Origin: a virus
Lineage: Duplodnaviria > Caudoviricetes
IMG/VR virus record: IMGVR_UViG_3300022666_000227
Location: 1-54,176 of that record
DNA: 54,176 nucleotides
Direction: 5' to 3' (one strand)
The translations under genes were made by a program, and so were the position numbers. Under the pieces are notes generated by a model, which saw only the letters and a list, made by a program, of their open reading frames with translations, made no database searches and had not been told where the DNA came from. Positions 39,776 to 50,888 of the stretch are shown one piece after another (positions within the stretch are counted from its first letter, which is position 1; every line of letters starts with the position of its first letter).

Positions 39776-40847
39776 TTTCTTCTTCAGAACTCAATTCTGT
39801 AGCCATAGTAAATTCAGACGCAAAAACAATACCAGTACTATTTAGTATATATTTATCATATATATACTTTAAATACTCTTGGAATAAAGCATTATCTTCT
39901 CTAAATTCATCAATAATATTTTCTTGACCCTGAACTTTAAATTCTTTTCCATTAATAGTAAAATTATACCAAGATCCAGCCTTATTGAAAAAACCTACAA
40001 GCGCTCCAAGATTTACAGCATCTCTTACAATATCAAATCCACATTCAGATAATGGAAGTTCTAGTACCATACCTATTTTAGATGATCTAGCTTTCTCACA
40101 TTTAATTTGTACGGGAGTATAAGTAAGATTGTAATTACTCATTCTTTTAAAGAAATATATATTATCTGGAATATGCTCTAGAATCTTACCGCCATTCATA
40201 TGTAAGATTTCTGCACCTGATTGCGAGTAACCACCTTGTTTTACCCTTGCTTGTTTGATCCAATAGCTAGTTACCTCAAATTCAAGTAAAGCATTATAAA
40301 ACTTAGGTAGATGGTCAGAATATGCACCAGCATTAGAACCTCTAGTGGCTTCATAAGCATTATCTTCAATTTTACGAGCAATAGTCATATCAAGAGAATC
40401 CCACATCATTGCTTTAACAATGCCCAAACGAATTAACTCTTCACACTCTTTAAGCCCATCTTCCAGTACTTTAGTTCTTTTTATAATAACATATTTATTA
40501 TTAACCCCAAGAGACGAGGCATATGCAGCATCATATCCTTCTGTTGCCCAAACTAATACGAATTTAGTTTCTCCAGATTCATCAATTTCTCTAGTATGCT
40601 TAGCAATTAAAAGATAGCATGCAGTAGACTTTGCAGAGCTTTTAGGCCCAACAAACATATTTACCCTACCTTTTGTTACACCACCAAGGAAGTCAAGGGT
40701 AGGAATATTAGTAATATATCTTTCTATAGAACATGCTTTATTTATTTCTTCACCAACAATACTTTGCGATCCTTTAAAGGACTTTATTAATTTAACAGCA
40801 TCTTCGTAAGAAATATTTTCGTTAATTTTAACTGGTGCTTTCGCCAT
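39756..40847 (-). CDS. recA: RecA/UvsX-like recombinase
   Basis: TNIPTLD..GGVTKGR, GPKSSAKST Walker A, YASSLGV, MWDSL Walker B, QARVK, GGKIL, KAGSWY. Confidence 0.85.
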   Translation of the reverse strand: MAKAPVKINENISYEDAVKLIKSFKGSQSIVGEEINKACSIERYITNIPTLDFLGGVTKGRVNMFVGPKSSAKSTACYLLIAKHTREIDESGETKFVLVWATEGYDAAYASSLGVNNKYVIIKRTKVLEDGLKECEELIRLGIVKAMMWDSLDMTIARKIEDNAYEATRGSNAGAYSDHLPKFYNALLEFEVTSYWIKQARVKQGGYSQSGAEILHMNGGKILEHIPDNIYFFKRMSNYNLTYTPVQIKCEKARSSKIGMVLELPLSECGFDIVRDAVNLGALVGFFNKAGSWYNFTINGKEFKVQGQENIIDEFREDNALFQEYLKYIYDKYILNSTGIVFASEFTMATELSSEEENVKTTD

Positions 40848-41046
40848 TCATTTCCTCTTTTAATTTTAGTTTTAAAGCATCTAATTGCCAAAGAAGAATA
40901 GCTTTATAGGTTCCATTGACAGAGTTTTTCTGTTTATAAACTCTACATAAACCTTTTAATTCTTCATCTGAGACATTAGCCTGCTTTTTGAACAGGCTAA
41001 TATACTCTTCCTTTTTCTTTTTGTCAAGATTTCTTTTTATATTCAT
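40828..41046 (-). CDS. hypothetical protein
   Basis: 72 aa ORF packed between phoH and recA. Confidence 0.55.
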   Translation of the reverse strand: MNIKRNLDKKKKEEYISLFKKQANVSDEELKGLCRVYKQKNSVNGTYKAILLWQLDALKLKLKEEMNGESTS

Positions 41047-42201
41047 TTAATCTAAATCTGCAAACACCTTACTTGCAGAACTCCTAACATCTGTATCTAA
41101 TACAACTGCTCCAACCAAAGGATTATTCTTAGTTTTATTGATTAGATAAAGAAGGCCATTATCTCTCATATATTTACTTTCAGCTTGTTTCCAGTCTCCA
41201 GAAAAACAAATACATGAATTCTCAGCAACCCTTGTTCCAATAAGCTTAATAATTTTCTTATTCATATCTTCAGCTTCATCAACTAACATATATGTACTAG
41301 AGATAGATTGGCCCTTAATATGATAAGGAATTTCATATTCTAGCTGTCTATACTGAAGAAGCCTTTGAAGTTCTAGCTCTCCACCTTCAAGCTGTTGCTC
41401 TATAACTTTATAAAAAGGTCCAATCTTTTCATCTTTTGTTCCAGGTAGATGACCAATTTCTTCCCCACTACCAATAGGATTCCTGATAAATAGGATCTTA
41501 GAATAATTACCTTTTTGTAATAGATGATATAAAGCCATTCGAATATTAATAAAGCTCTTACCTGATCCATATGTTCCAGCTAAAATCTTGATTGGAATAT
41601 CAGTATCATTTAGGAGATCAATAGCAAAAGCTTGAAGATCATTTAATGGTTTAATAATCTTATTGGGAGGCAATTTAAGATTAACCAATTTATTACTAAT
41701 CCATTTCATCTTATCAACTGTATGACCTTCATCATTCTTAACTAAAAGATATTGATTAGGGCAAAGGTTAAAAATATTATCATATGGATTTTCATACATA
41801 TTAGACATATCAGCATCAGACAAATATACAGTCTTAATACCAGTATAGATACTATCCCCTTCAGGATATGGATCTATAGCTTCTACGCCAAACTGATTAG
41901 CTTTAATCCCTAAGCAAATGTCTTTGGTGTATAGCTTTGAATCATGAGTTTTAGCGCATTGGAGAATAATATCATCATTCTTTACTTCATCACATCCAAA
42001 ATCAATATCTATCTTGACAGAAGAAGATTTAATCTCCCTAATTGCCCTTCGTGCTTCAAATCCTATACAATCATCATTTTTTAACTTGTCTAGTTCTTGC
42101 AAAACGACAAGTGGGATAATAATATTTTCTTCTTGTGAAAGAATATCGATATTATGTAACAATAAATTTGTATCAACTACATAGTGTTCAGAACTATTCA
42201 T
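41047..42201 (-). CDS. phoH: PIN domain-PhoH ATPase fusion
   Basis: VVDTNLL, VLQELDKLK, NDDIIL, TKD (PIN); GTYGSGKS, IGHLPG, VDEAED, GDWKQ (PhoH). Confidence 0.9.
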   Translation of the reverse strand: MNSSEHYVVDTNLLLHNIDILSQEENIIIPLVVLQELDKLKNDDCIGFEARRAIREIKSSSVKIDIDFGCDEVKNDDIILQCAKTHDSKLYTKDICLGIKANQFGVEAIDPYPEGDSIYTGIKTVYLSDADMSNMYENPYDNIFNLCPNQYLLVKNDEGHTVDKMKWISNKLVNLKLPPNKIIKPLNDLQAFAIDLLNDTDIPIKILAGTYGSGKSFINIRMALYHLLQKGNYSKILFIRNPIGSGEEIGHLPGTKDEKIGPFYKVIEQQLEGGELELQRLLQYRQLEYEIPYHIKGQSISSTYMLVDEAEDMNKKIIKLIGTRVAENSCICFSGDWKQAESKYMRDNGLLYLINKTKNNPLVGAVVLDTDVRSSASKVFADLD

Positions 42202-43805
42202 TTATTCTCCAGTTTTCTCAGTATAAATTTTAATCTACTATTTATAATAAACTCTTCAGTCTCTTTCTTTTTCATCTTTTTATATGCATAACCTTTTAAA
42301 TTATCAGTTATATCATTTACTATGAGAACTCGTTCATTATTTTCAACCTTAACAAATGCATGAGAGATAACAACAACCTTCCCTTCTTGCAATAAATCCA
42401 TAATTTTACTATATGTTTTAGGAAAACATATACATTCAATACTAGATTCACATGAGTCAAGATTAAATGAAGCCATATTAAGCTTTGCTTTTGTTTTTCT
42501 TACTTCTATACATGATAATGCGCCAACTGTTATAACAGTCATACCATCATCATACTTTTTCAAATCAGAAATTTCAATACATTTATGGGGATCTAATATA
42601 TAATCCTCCATAGGATGCTTCTTAATATAAAGTCCTAAAGCATCAATTTCATAAGACATAGAATCTTCAACATTGATTCTTTTAAGAATGCAATTATTGA
42701 TAAACTCAGAATAATCAATCTTGCATAAATCAAATATAGTATATGTCTTTATGTCTTTAATAATACTATTATAGTCTAACATATCTCTAATAGATTGAAG
42801 AATAGACTCTTTATTACCAAAATCAGAGAATACTCCAGCTTTAGCATAAGACTCCAATACTTTAGAATTAATTAAATCCTTATTCCTTTCAACAAAATGT
42901 CCTAAAGATTTATATCCAGATTTAGGCCTATTCTTTATAACCTTTTTAGAAACATTTGCTCCAACACCCTTAATTGCATTCAAGCCAAATATAATAGAAT
43001 TACCATCTACTATAAAGCTATCTTGAGATTTATTGATATTAGGAGCAGATAAAGTAAAGCCTCTATCTTTAATTGCCTTTATATATCTTCTTACATCATC
43101 AGTATTCCCTGCATCTATAGTAAGAGCTGCAGTATAAAACTCTAATGGATAGTAGTGAGAAAGATACGCAGTATAACACGTAATATAAGAGTAACAAACT
43201 GCATGAGATAGATTAAATCCGTAACCACTAAATCCTTCTACTTGATGAAATAATATACTTAAATCATCTTCATCATATCCATTCTTTACTCCACCTTCAA
43301 CAAACTTTGTTTTTAAAGCAGCCATTTCTTCAGGCTTCTTTTTACCCATAGCTCGTCTAGCATTATCCCCTTCAATCTCATTAAAGCCAGCTATCTCAGT
43401 AAAACACTTAATAACCTGCTCTTGATATATAAGAAGTCCATATGAGATATTACATATATCCCAAACTTTCTCAAGAAGCTTTTGGTCACTTAGTTCATAT
43501 GTAAATTTTTCACCATTAAACTTTGCATTTACATATTGCTCAACCATACCCATAGACATTGGGCCAGGACGTAATATAGAAGTTAAATCGCTAATTTCGT
43601 TAATATTCTCTGGCTGTACTTTTGGTAAATAAGCTGCAGCAGTACCGTCAAACTGAAAAACACATGTAACATATCCATTATTAAGTAGATCATATATTCC
43701 TTTATCATTTACATCAATTTCAGACAATACAATATCTATACCTTTAGATTTCTTGACTAGTTTAATAGTCTCATTAATAACATCAAGAGTTTTAAGCCCT
43801 AAGAT
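42198..43805 (-). CDS. dnaE: DNA polymerase III alpha catalytic gene, exon 2
   Basis: Begins ATC TTA GGG CTT AAA ACT CTT (ILGLKTL), in frame with ORF 42198..43727; VFQF, RPGPM, IYQEQ, RRAMGKK, YGFNLSHA, HhH and OB fold. Confidence 0.9.
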   Translation of the reverse strand: MLGLKTLDVINETIKLVKKSKGIDIVLSEIDVNDKGIYDLLNNGYVTCVFQFDGTAAAYLPKVQPENINEISDLTSILRPGPMSMGMVEQYVNAKFNGEKFTYELSDQKLLEKVWDICNISYGLLIYQEQVIKCFTEIAGFNEIEGDNARRAMGKKKPEEMAALKTKFVEGGVKNGYDEDDLSILFHQVEGFSGYGFNLSHAVCYSYITCYTAYLSHYYPLEFYTAALTIDAGNTDDVRRYIKAIKDRGFTLSAPNINKSQDSFIVDGNSIIFGLNAIKGVGANVSKKVIKNRPKSGYKSLGHFVERNKDLINSKVLESYAKAGVFSDFGNKESILQSIRDMLDYNSIIKDIKTYTIFDLCKIDYSEFINNCILKRINVEDSMSYEIDALGLYIKKHPMEDYILDPHKCIEISDLKKYDDGMTVITVGALSCIEVRKTKAKLNMASFNLDSCESSIECICFPKTYSKIMDLLQEGKVVVISHAFVKVENNERVLIVNDITDNLKGYAYKKMKKKETEEFIINSRLKFILRKLENK

Positions 43806-44980
<1,175 letters not shown>

Positions 44981-45718
44981 ATCGTATTTTAAAAGGCCTT
45001 TACTTTCAACATCCTTCATATCAAACTGTGACATTATTTCAGCATTTTCTTTTCTTGTTGCTGTCATAATAGGAAGATGATTAGTAGTAGCCACATCTGA
45101 TATAATACCTGCAGAGGCATGCATACCAATACTATTAGGAAGGCCCTCTAGTTTTCTTGCTACATCTACAATGTGCCTTACTTCTGCATCAGTTAATATA
45201 AGAGTTTGAAATTCCTTATTTGCATCTATAGAATCCTGAATAGTAACACCAGGAAGGTCAGGAATAAATTTAGCTACTTTATTTTGTAATTCAATAGAAT
45301 ATCCTAACGCTCTTGCTGCATTCCTAATAGCTCCTTTCGCAGCCATAGTTCCAAATGTAGCAATATGCCCAACTCTATCTTGTCCATATTTTTCAGCAAG
45401 ATACTCAAATATCTTTCCTCTTTTCTGTTGAGAGAAATCCAAATCAATATCACAATAAGAACCTTCAGATTTAATCTTTTGTGGACCAGTAGGTTTCTGA
45501 TCAGTTAATCCTAATACCCACAATAGAAGAGAATTAACATCATTATCAACCTTTACTTTAGAAAGAACATTAAAACATAGTCTATTATCAATGCCTTGAA
45601 GAGTTGCATTTTTTACTTCAGTATATAACCTAATATGCTCTTCTTCAGTTAAACCTTCGAATCTCTCTGAGTCTTCAATCAGCCTAGTTAGATTATTTCG
45701 TATATGATATTTAATCAT
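44981..45718 (-). CDS. dnaE: DNA polymerase III alpha catalytic gene, exon 1
   Basis: CDIDLDF catalytic motif, KYGQDRV..IATFGT, LEGLP...GMHASAGII, SQFDM...GLLKYD. Confidence 0.9.
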
Positions 45719-45899
45719 TATTAATCTCTATTACCTTGCCCCATCTATCAGAAGGAATAATATCTGAGATAGGTCTATGGAAAACAACCATACTCCTTTC
45801 TATTAAAAGAACCTTCTTTGCATTCTTCAAAGCAAATAATTCTGTACCATTTTCAGCTTCTACAACTACAACGCCTTCACTAGTCATCCATGCTTTCAT
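45711..45899 (-). CDS. hypothetical protein
   Basis: 62 aa, GGGAG RBS, overlaps start of dnaE exon 1. Confidence 0.6.
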   Translation of the reverse strand: MKAWMTSEGVVVVEAENGTELFALKNAKKVLLIERSMVVFHRPISDIIPSDRWGKVIEINND

Positions 45900-45928
45900 T
45901 TAATCTCCCTTGTAGATTATAATTATCC

Positions 45929-46384
45929 TCATATATTATATGTATACCCCATAGGATCAAAATAGTCGCAAACGGCATGAGGTGCAAATTTTACATCCCA
46001 TACAAATACTGGATTAGAATGACCAATGCAAACATGATCTTTGCCTTTTAGTACAGATGAATCATTAGCAACTCTTACTTCTGGCAACCTGCATCCAAAA
46101 GCATGCTCATGAGAATATTTTCCTTTAGAATTTTTACAGTTTATACAGCACTCTTTTGGATATAAACCTTTATCATCATCAAATCCTTCTTCTACTAATT
46201 TAAAACTAGGAGGAAACCATTCTATCCAGTTGTCATCTGGATTTATTTCATCTCTAAATGATTCAGGCCACCATCTTTTATATGGCTCAGACCAATAATA
46301 CTTAGGAGTCCATCCTTTATCTAAAAAATACTGCTTATCACGGTTAATGCTTTTAAGAAAAGCAAAACATGCTTCGTCACTCAT
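45929..46384 (-). CDS. hypothetical Trp/Cys-rich protein
   Basis: 151 aa; CCINC...C...VCDYF. Confidence 0.6.
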   Translation of the reverse strand: MSDEACFAFLKSINRDKQYFLDKGWTPKYYWSEPYKRWWPESFRDEINPDDNWIEWFPPSFKLVEEGFDDDKGLYPKECCINCKNSKGKYSHEHAFGCRLPEVRVANDSSVLKGKDHVCIGHSNPVFVWDVKFAPHAVCDYFDPMGYTYNI

Positions 46385-46387
46385 ATA

Positions 46388-47560
46388 TTATACCCCAAAA
46401 TCATACTGTAGAGATCGACCTACATTTATTGCCCTAGAAAACAAAAGACCATATTTGACAGGATCAACCTCAGTAATGCCAGTAAGCCAAGACACAATAC
46501 TTCCTCCCATTGATCCCCTTCCAGGTCCAACAGGAATATCATTATTCTTAGCCCAATTACAATAGTCAGAAACAATAAGGAGATAGTTCTCAAGATCAGC
46601 CATATGTAACATATTAAGTTCATGCTCTAGCTTATCTATATATAATTGATTACCTCTTAATCCTTTTGCATCTAAACTAGTATAACATACTTCTCTTAAA
46701 TGCTCATATACATCTTTATCTGAGTTTTCTACTTCATATTTAGGAAGATAATATCCAGTAAAGTCAAATTTGATATTGCATTTATCAGCTATCTCATTTG
46801 TATTATGGATTTCTTCTTCTTCAAACCTTTCAAGCATTTCGTCATAAGATAACAGATGATATCCATTACCATCAAATCCATCATCAGATTTACCAACACT
46901 ATTATAAGCAATTTGTTTAAATATAGTATGAATATCTTTATCGGACTTATTCACCATATGAACATCAGTACCAGCAATAATTTTTATACCTTTTTCTCTA
47001 CCATAATTTCTAAAGTGATCTTTAATAATTACTTCTTCGGCTATATTATGGTTATGAACTTCTAAATAAAAATCATTCCTAAATAGATCATAGAACTCAT
47101 CTATTTTTTGATTAGCTTTATCAATCTCTCCAGCTAATACTAATTGTTGGAAAATACCCTGCATACATCCAGTAGACACAATAATATCATCCTTATATCT
47201 TTTCAATATCTCAAAATTAACTCTAGGCTTTTTATAAAAATTATTTATATAAGCTTCAGATGATATTGCACAAAGATTTTTATACCCATTGTTATTCTTT
47301 GCAAATAAACATAGATGATAATTGTTTTTATCATCTATAACAGAATCAGAATAATATGCTTCCATTCCAAGAATAGGTTTTATATTCTGCTTCTTACATT
47401 CTTTATAAAATTTATAACTACTTCCAAAAAAACCATGTTCTGTAACAGCTAAAGATTCACATCCAAGCTCTTTAGATCTAGATACTAGATCAGGAATTTT
47501 AGCAATACTATCTCTGATAGAATATGCTGTATGAACATGAATCGGTGTATAATTAGACAT
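46388..47560 (-). CDS. dnaE: DNA polymerase III alpha N-terminal part (PHP domain) as a separate gene
   Basis: IHVHTAYSIRD, TEHG, KPILGMEAY, HLCLFAKN, TGCMQG, TDVH, GPGRGS, GITEVDP; stops before the DxD catalytic motif. Confidence 0.9.
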   Translation of the reverse strand: MSNYTPIHVHTAYSIRDSIAKIPDLVSRSKELGCESLAVTEHGFFGSSYKFYKECKKQNIKPILGMEAYYSDSVIDDKNNYHLCLFAKNNNGYKNLCAISSEAYINNFYKKPRVNFEILKRYKDDIIVSTGCMQGIFQQLVLAGEIDKANQKIDEFYDLFRNDFYLEVHNHNIAEEVIIKDHFRNYGREKGIKIIAGTDVHMVNKSDKDIHTIFKQIAYNSVGKSDDGFDGNGYHLLSYDEMLERFEEEEIHNTNEIADKCNIKFDFTGYYLPKYEVENSDKDVYEHLREVCYTSLDAKGLRGNQLYIDKLEHELNMLHMADLENYLLIVSDYCNWAKNNDIPVGPGRGSMGGSIVSWLTGITEVDPVKYGLLFSRAINVGRSLQYDFGV

Positions 47561-47759
47561 GAAATCCTCTATTCAATACTCTATGTAGCTCATTAGTAAT
47601 TGTTTCATCATAATAATATATAGGTATTTTTATTGTAAGCTCCATTGCATATGTTGGATAATCAGTAGTATCTACAGCATTTATATCAATAGAAGTAACA
47701 TATCTATTTCCCAATTTATTTATCTTAAACAATAGTCCTGCTATATCAGATGTTTTCAT
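47553..47759 (-). CDS. hypothetical protein
   Basis: 68 aa, overlapping neighbours. Confidence 0.55.
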   Translation of the reverse strand: MKTSDIAGLLFKINKLGNRYVTSIDINAVDTTDYPTYAMELTIKIPIYYYDETITNELHRVLNRGFHV

Positions 47760-48019
47760 ATTACCAATCCATTAAAATTCATACGACCCAACTCTACTAC
47801 TCCGGTTTCAGGTTCGTCAATAGGAGAGCCATTTATTCTCTCCATTTGTCTAGCTAACGCCCTAAACATATTACAGTACCAATATAGATTCTGAGTAGAT
47901 TTAGACAGTCTTACTCCATATTTTTTACCATTAGGATACTCACTATCTTCTATAAAAACATGAAGAGCAATAGATTCATCATCATACTTTTTTACATTAA
48001 TATCCAATACCTTTTTCAT
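47756..48019 (-). CDS. hypothetical protein
   Basis: 87 aa, coupled stops/starts. Confidence 0.6.
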   Translation of the reverse strand: MKKVLDINVKKYDDESIALHVFIEDSEYPNGKKYGVRLSKSTQNLYWYCNMFRALARQMERINGSPIDEPETGVVELGRMNFNGLVI

Positions 48020-48330
48020 TAAAGCCTTATCTTTCCTAACTTTTCTAGTATATCATTTATTTTTCTAATAAGGAAGAATTTAAGAGGTTCATATTCATTT
48101 TTGGATTCATCAAAATCTCTCTCATCATTATCTTCATCCCAGATAACGATATCTAAGAATTTAATTATACTAGAATATCCTACAGAAGAGAATTCTAAAT
48201 ATATGCCATAATTACTAATTAAAATAGGATTTTGATCATACAATTCATCATTAAGCCTATTGACTATTTTGATTATGTCATCATTATTCATATTTTTCCT
48301 TGTCAAAAACAATAGGAATATTATAAGCAA
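48019..48330 (-). CDS. hypothetical protein
   Basis: Likely start MNNDDII near the thyX stop; acidic motif IWDEDNDERDFDE. Confidence 0.6.
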   Translation of the reverse strand: MLIIFLLFLTRKNMNNDDIIKIVNRLNDELYDQNPILISNYGIYLEFSSVGYSSIIKFLDIVIWDEDNDERDFDESKNEYEPLKFFLIRKINDILEKLGKIRL

Positions 48331-48958
48331 AATCTTGAAATAAAGGATTCATTAGCTCTCTCATTTCAGGAGAAGCAGTATGATGATCTCTAAGGCCCTT
48401 AACATGCATCCATTCTCTTAAATTAGTATTAATCCAAATTTCAGTTTTAGCTGCATTAGGAAGAACTGTTCTAGCTTGTTCTGGTTTCCATCCCCAATTA
48501 AGTAAATCTCTATAGTATTTTGCAGAGTTAACCATTGATCTAATCCAAGAGTGTTCAGGACAGGCAAGATCTCTAATCATAAATCCATCTAGGTCTTGTT
48601 CTTCATTCTCTATAAGAATTGCATTACTAGCCCAAGGAGGAATAATAAACTCAATACAGTCTCCATATCCAACATATCTCTGAGACTCTTGGGCAAAACT
48701 TGCAACCCTATGTCGTACTAGCTCATGAGTAAAAGCCCTATTAGCAATAAATTTAACAGCAACAGATGCATGCTCAAGCATAGCCAAATGACCATTCTTT
48801 ACAAGATGCCTAATAAGCTTTTCATAACTATTGTCAGTAATCCTATCTTCAGTCTTATAACAAAGCCTAGCAACTTTCTCTATATGCTTTAGCTTCTCAA
48901 TCCCAGTCTGTCCAAGCATATCAATTTCATAACTAGCTTTAATAAACTTGATTCTCAT
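48284..48958 (-). CDS. thyX: flavin-dependent thymidylate synthase
   Basis: GHLAMLEH, THELVRHRVASFAQESQRY, EQARTVLPN, NLREW. Confidence 0.95.
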   Translation of the reverse strand: MRIKFIKASYEIDMLGQTGIEKLKHIEKVARLCYKTEDRITDNSYEKLIRHLVKNGHLAMLEHASVAVKFIANRAFTHELVRHRVASFAQESQRYVGYGDCIEFIIPPWASNAILIENEEQDLDGFMIRDLACPEHSWIRSMVNSAKYYRDLLNWGWKPEQARTVLPNAAKTEIWINTNLREWMHVKGLRDHHTASPEMRELMNPLFQDFAYNIPIVFDKEKYE

Positions 48959-49131
48959 TATTCACCTACGCTATTATAATCTTGTTCAAACTCTTCAAAC
49001 TCTTCAATTGCAAATTGGATATTGTTTTGAGCTTCTTCTAGATATTCAACTACACCAAACATACTTCCTTTTTCTGCTCTAGCAATAAGAGAAGCACACA
49101 TTTTTAGAAGTTCATTTAATTTATTTTCCAT
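48958..49131 (-). CDS. small hypothetical protein (57 aa)
   Basis: GGAG RBS, MENKLNELLKMCASL...SVGE, TAATG overlap with thyX; below ORF-track cutoff. Confidence 0.65.
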   Translation of the reverse strand: MENKLNELLKMCASLIARAEKGSMFGVVEYLEEAQNNIQFAIEEFEEFEQDYNSVGE

Positions 49132-49146
49132 TATATCTCCAGAAAG

Positions 49147-49174
49147 ATATAGCCCCTATTTCTAGGGGCTATAT
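49147..49174 (-). terminator. GAAA-loop hairpin / probable terminator
   Basis: ATATAGCCCCTA-GAAA-TAGGGGCTATAT then CTTTCT, just after the Hc1-like gene. Confidence 0.75.
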
Positions 49175-49182
49175 ATCATTTA

Positions 49183-49362
49183 TTAATCTTCTTTTTTGTA
49201 AAGAGATAGAACATCTTTCCTAAACTCTTTAAGCAGTTTCTGGATTTTAGAGGATGTCCCACGAACTCTTTTTGCTGCAGATTTATTACCATTTGTAGCT
49301 TTAAGGTAATCTTGTTTAAGTACTTCAAATAAGTTTTCTAGTGCTTCAAAATTCTCTTGCAT
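49183..49362 (-). CDS. histone H1-like Hc1-family protein (59 aa)
   Basis: MQENFEALENLFEVLKQDYLKATNGNKSAAKRVRGTSSKIQKLLKEFRKDVL...; GNKxAxxRxR...LLKEFRK Hc1 signature; GGAG RBS; below ORF-track cutoff. Confidence 0.75.
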   Translation of the reverse strand: MQENFEALENLFEVLKQDYLKATNGNKSAAKRVRGTSSKIQKLLKEFRKDVLSLYKKED

Positions 49363-49386
49363 TACAATCTCCGTTTTTGTTTTATA

Positions 49387-49758
49387 TTAGCGATTAGCTG
49401 CAGCTTTTACAGCAGCTACACTTCCAGCAGATACTTCATCACCAAAGAATGCTGTAATAAAATTAGCAATCTTCCAAGAAGGAATATCACCATTTCCATT
49501 TGCAATTACATCATATACAAATTCTTTCCAAGTATAATCAATTTCATCATTCTCACAAAAGATATCTTCTAGAATTTCATCATCTTCATCAATTTCTTCA
49601 GTAGTGACATCACTATCACAATCATCTTCAAAAAGTTCATCAAAAATATAAACTTCAGATTCATTTTCAACTGGTTGATAATCATAGATTTTTTCAACTA
49701 CAAGTTGGCGAAGATTGGCAAGACGAAGAAACTCTTCTTTAGTTATTACTTTAGCCAT
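49387..49758 (-). CDS. highly acidic hypothetical protein
   Basis: 123 aa, long D/E tract, GGAG RBS. Confidence 0.65.
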   Translation of the reverse strand: MAKVITKEEFLRLANLRQLVVEKIYDYQPVENESEVYIFDELFEDDCDSDVTTEEIDEDDEILEDIFCENDEIDYTWKEFVYDVIANGNGDIPSWKIANFITAFFGDEVSAGSVAAVKAAANR

Positions 49759-49759
49759 T

Positions 49760-49954
49760 TTATTTTTCTCCAGTTAATTTTTTAATTATTTTTTCAGCAT
49801 CTTCATATTCATCACAAATAGATATAAGATCACCATTAACAGTTATACAATTGTTAATAGTCAATATTGAATCTTGATTTGTTCTTATGACATAAAATCT
49901 GGCATTATTGCCAGTTATATCAGCTATTATTAATAGTTTTACTTTTATTGACAT
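49760..49954 (-). CDS. hypothetical protein
   Basis: 64 aa, AGGAG just upstream. Confidence 0.55.
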   Translation of the reverse strand: MSIKVKLLIIADITGNNARFYVIRTNQDSILTINNCITVNGDLISICDEYEDAEKIIKKLTGEK

Positions 49955-50888
49955 GTCTCCTACTTACAAATGGAATATTTAAAAATTGAAATATTATTGG
50001 ATAACCTAAACCATAAAGATATAATCTAACTACCATATCCTCAAATATTTTTCTAAATTTCTTATTTTTTATTTGATCTAACGCAACTTCACTTTTTATT
50101 ACACGTGAACTATATGTATCGCCACATATATGACTAACAATTTCATACTCATTTGCCAGAAACATATAAAAAAACCAATTTAGAGTAAAAGGAACAACAA
50201 TCTTTTTATCATTCAACAATCCATCAATATTTATTCCATAGTTAAATAAATGATTAATCATTAATACGGAATCAAAATAGGAGCTATATACATTACGATC
50301 AAATGGAAATAATGTCAATGAATTATATTCATGAAGCAAAGTATTAGTATCTGTATTTATTAGACTAAAATTAATCTTATCTCCATCTAGTTTGATATCT
50401 ATGATCCTAGTCCGCTGGTCATACAAATCATCATAACACTCTTTGATAGATTTATCAATTATAGTTATTTTCCCGATTTTATAAGATACAGTTGTCCTAT
50501 ATGCCAAATCGCTTACATATAACGATAGTAGCATACTATCAAGCATATTTTTATTTTTTTGGAATATATTTGGCTTGTAAGAAGATATAATGTATGGAGA
50601 TTCACTAAGGCTATAATGTTTAAAGAAACATTTGCCATACATCTTACTATATTTCAAATTATATTCAACTTTTAATTTTTTCCATTTTACTTTTTCTGTT
50701 TTTGCTAAACGTAGAAATTCACATTCTTTATTGTCATTAGTAGACAATATGTATATTTTATCTATAAACTTGTCTTTATATATATAAGTTAAGTGTCTTG
50801 GAGATACTTTTTGATATGCCCAAACACCGTTCTTTGCCAAAACTTTAATTATAATTTCATTATATCCCAGTACTGTTATCATCAACAA
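49920..50888 (-). CDS. hypothetical protein
   Basis: 322 aa ORF, no recognised motif. Confidence 0.6.
   Translation of the reverse strand: MLMITVLGYNEIIIKVLAKNGVWAYQKVSPRHLTYIYKDKFIDKIYILSTNDNKECEFLRLAKTEKVKWKKLKVEYNLKYSKMYGKCFFKHYSLSESPYIISSYKPNIFQKNKNMLDSMLLSLYVSDLAYRTTVSYKIGKITIIDKSIKECYDDLYDQRTRIIDIKLDGDKINFSLINTDTNTLLHEYNSLTLFPFDRNVYSSYFDSVLMINHLFNYGINIDGLLNDKKIVVPFTLNWFFYMFLANEYEIVSHICGDTYSSRVIKSEVALDQIKNKKFRKIFEDMVVRLYLYGLGYPIIFQFLNIPFVSRRHVNKSKTINNS

Noticed and set aside
45440-46420. Split intein joining the two dnaE genes
   Set aside because: No Cys/Ser-initiated intein N-block at the PHP gene end and no His-Asn followed by C/S/T before the DIDLD motif
46426-46623. Hydrophobic same-strand alternative-frame ORFs (also 27613..27879 and 30762..30983)
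   Set aside because: They overlap strongly conserved enzyme motifs, show no codon anomaly or good RBS, and are hydrophobic as expected from T-rich third positions
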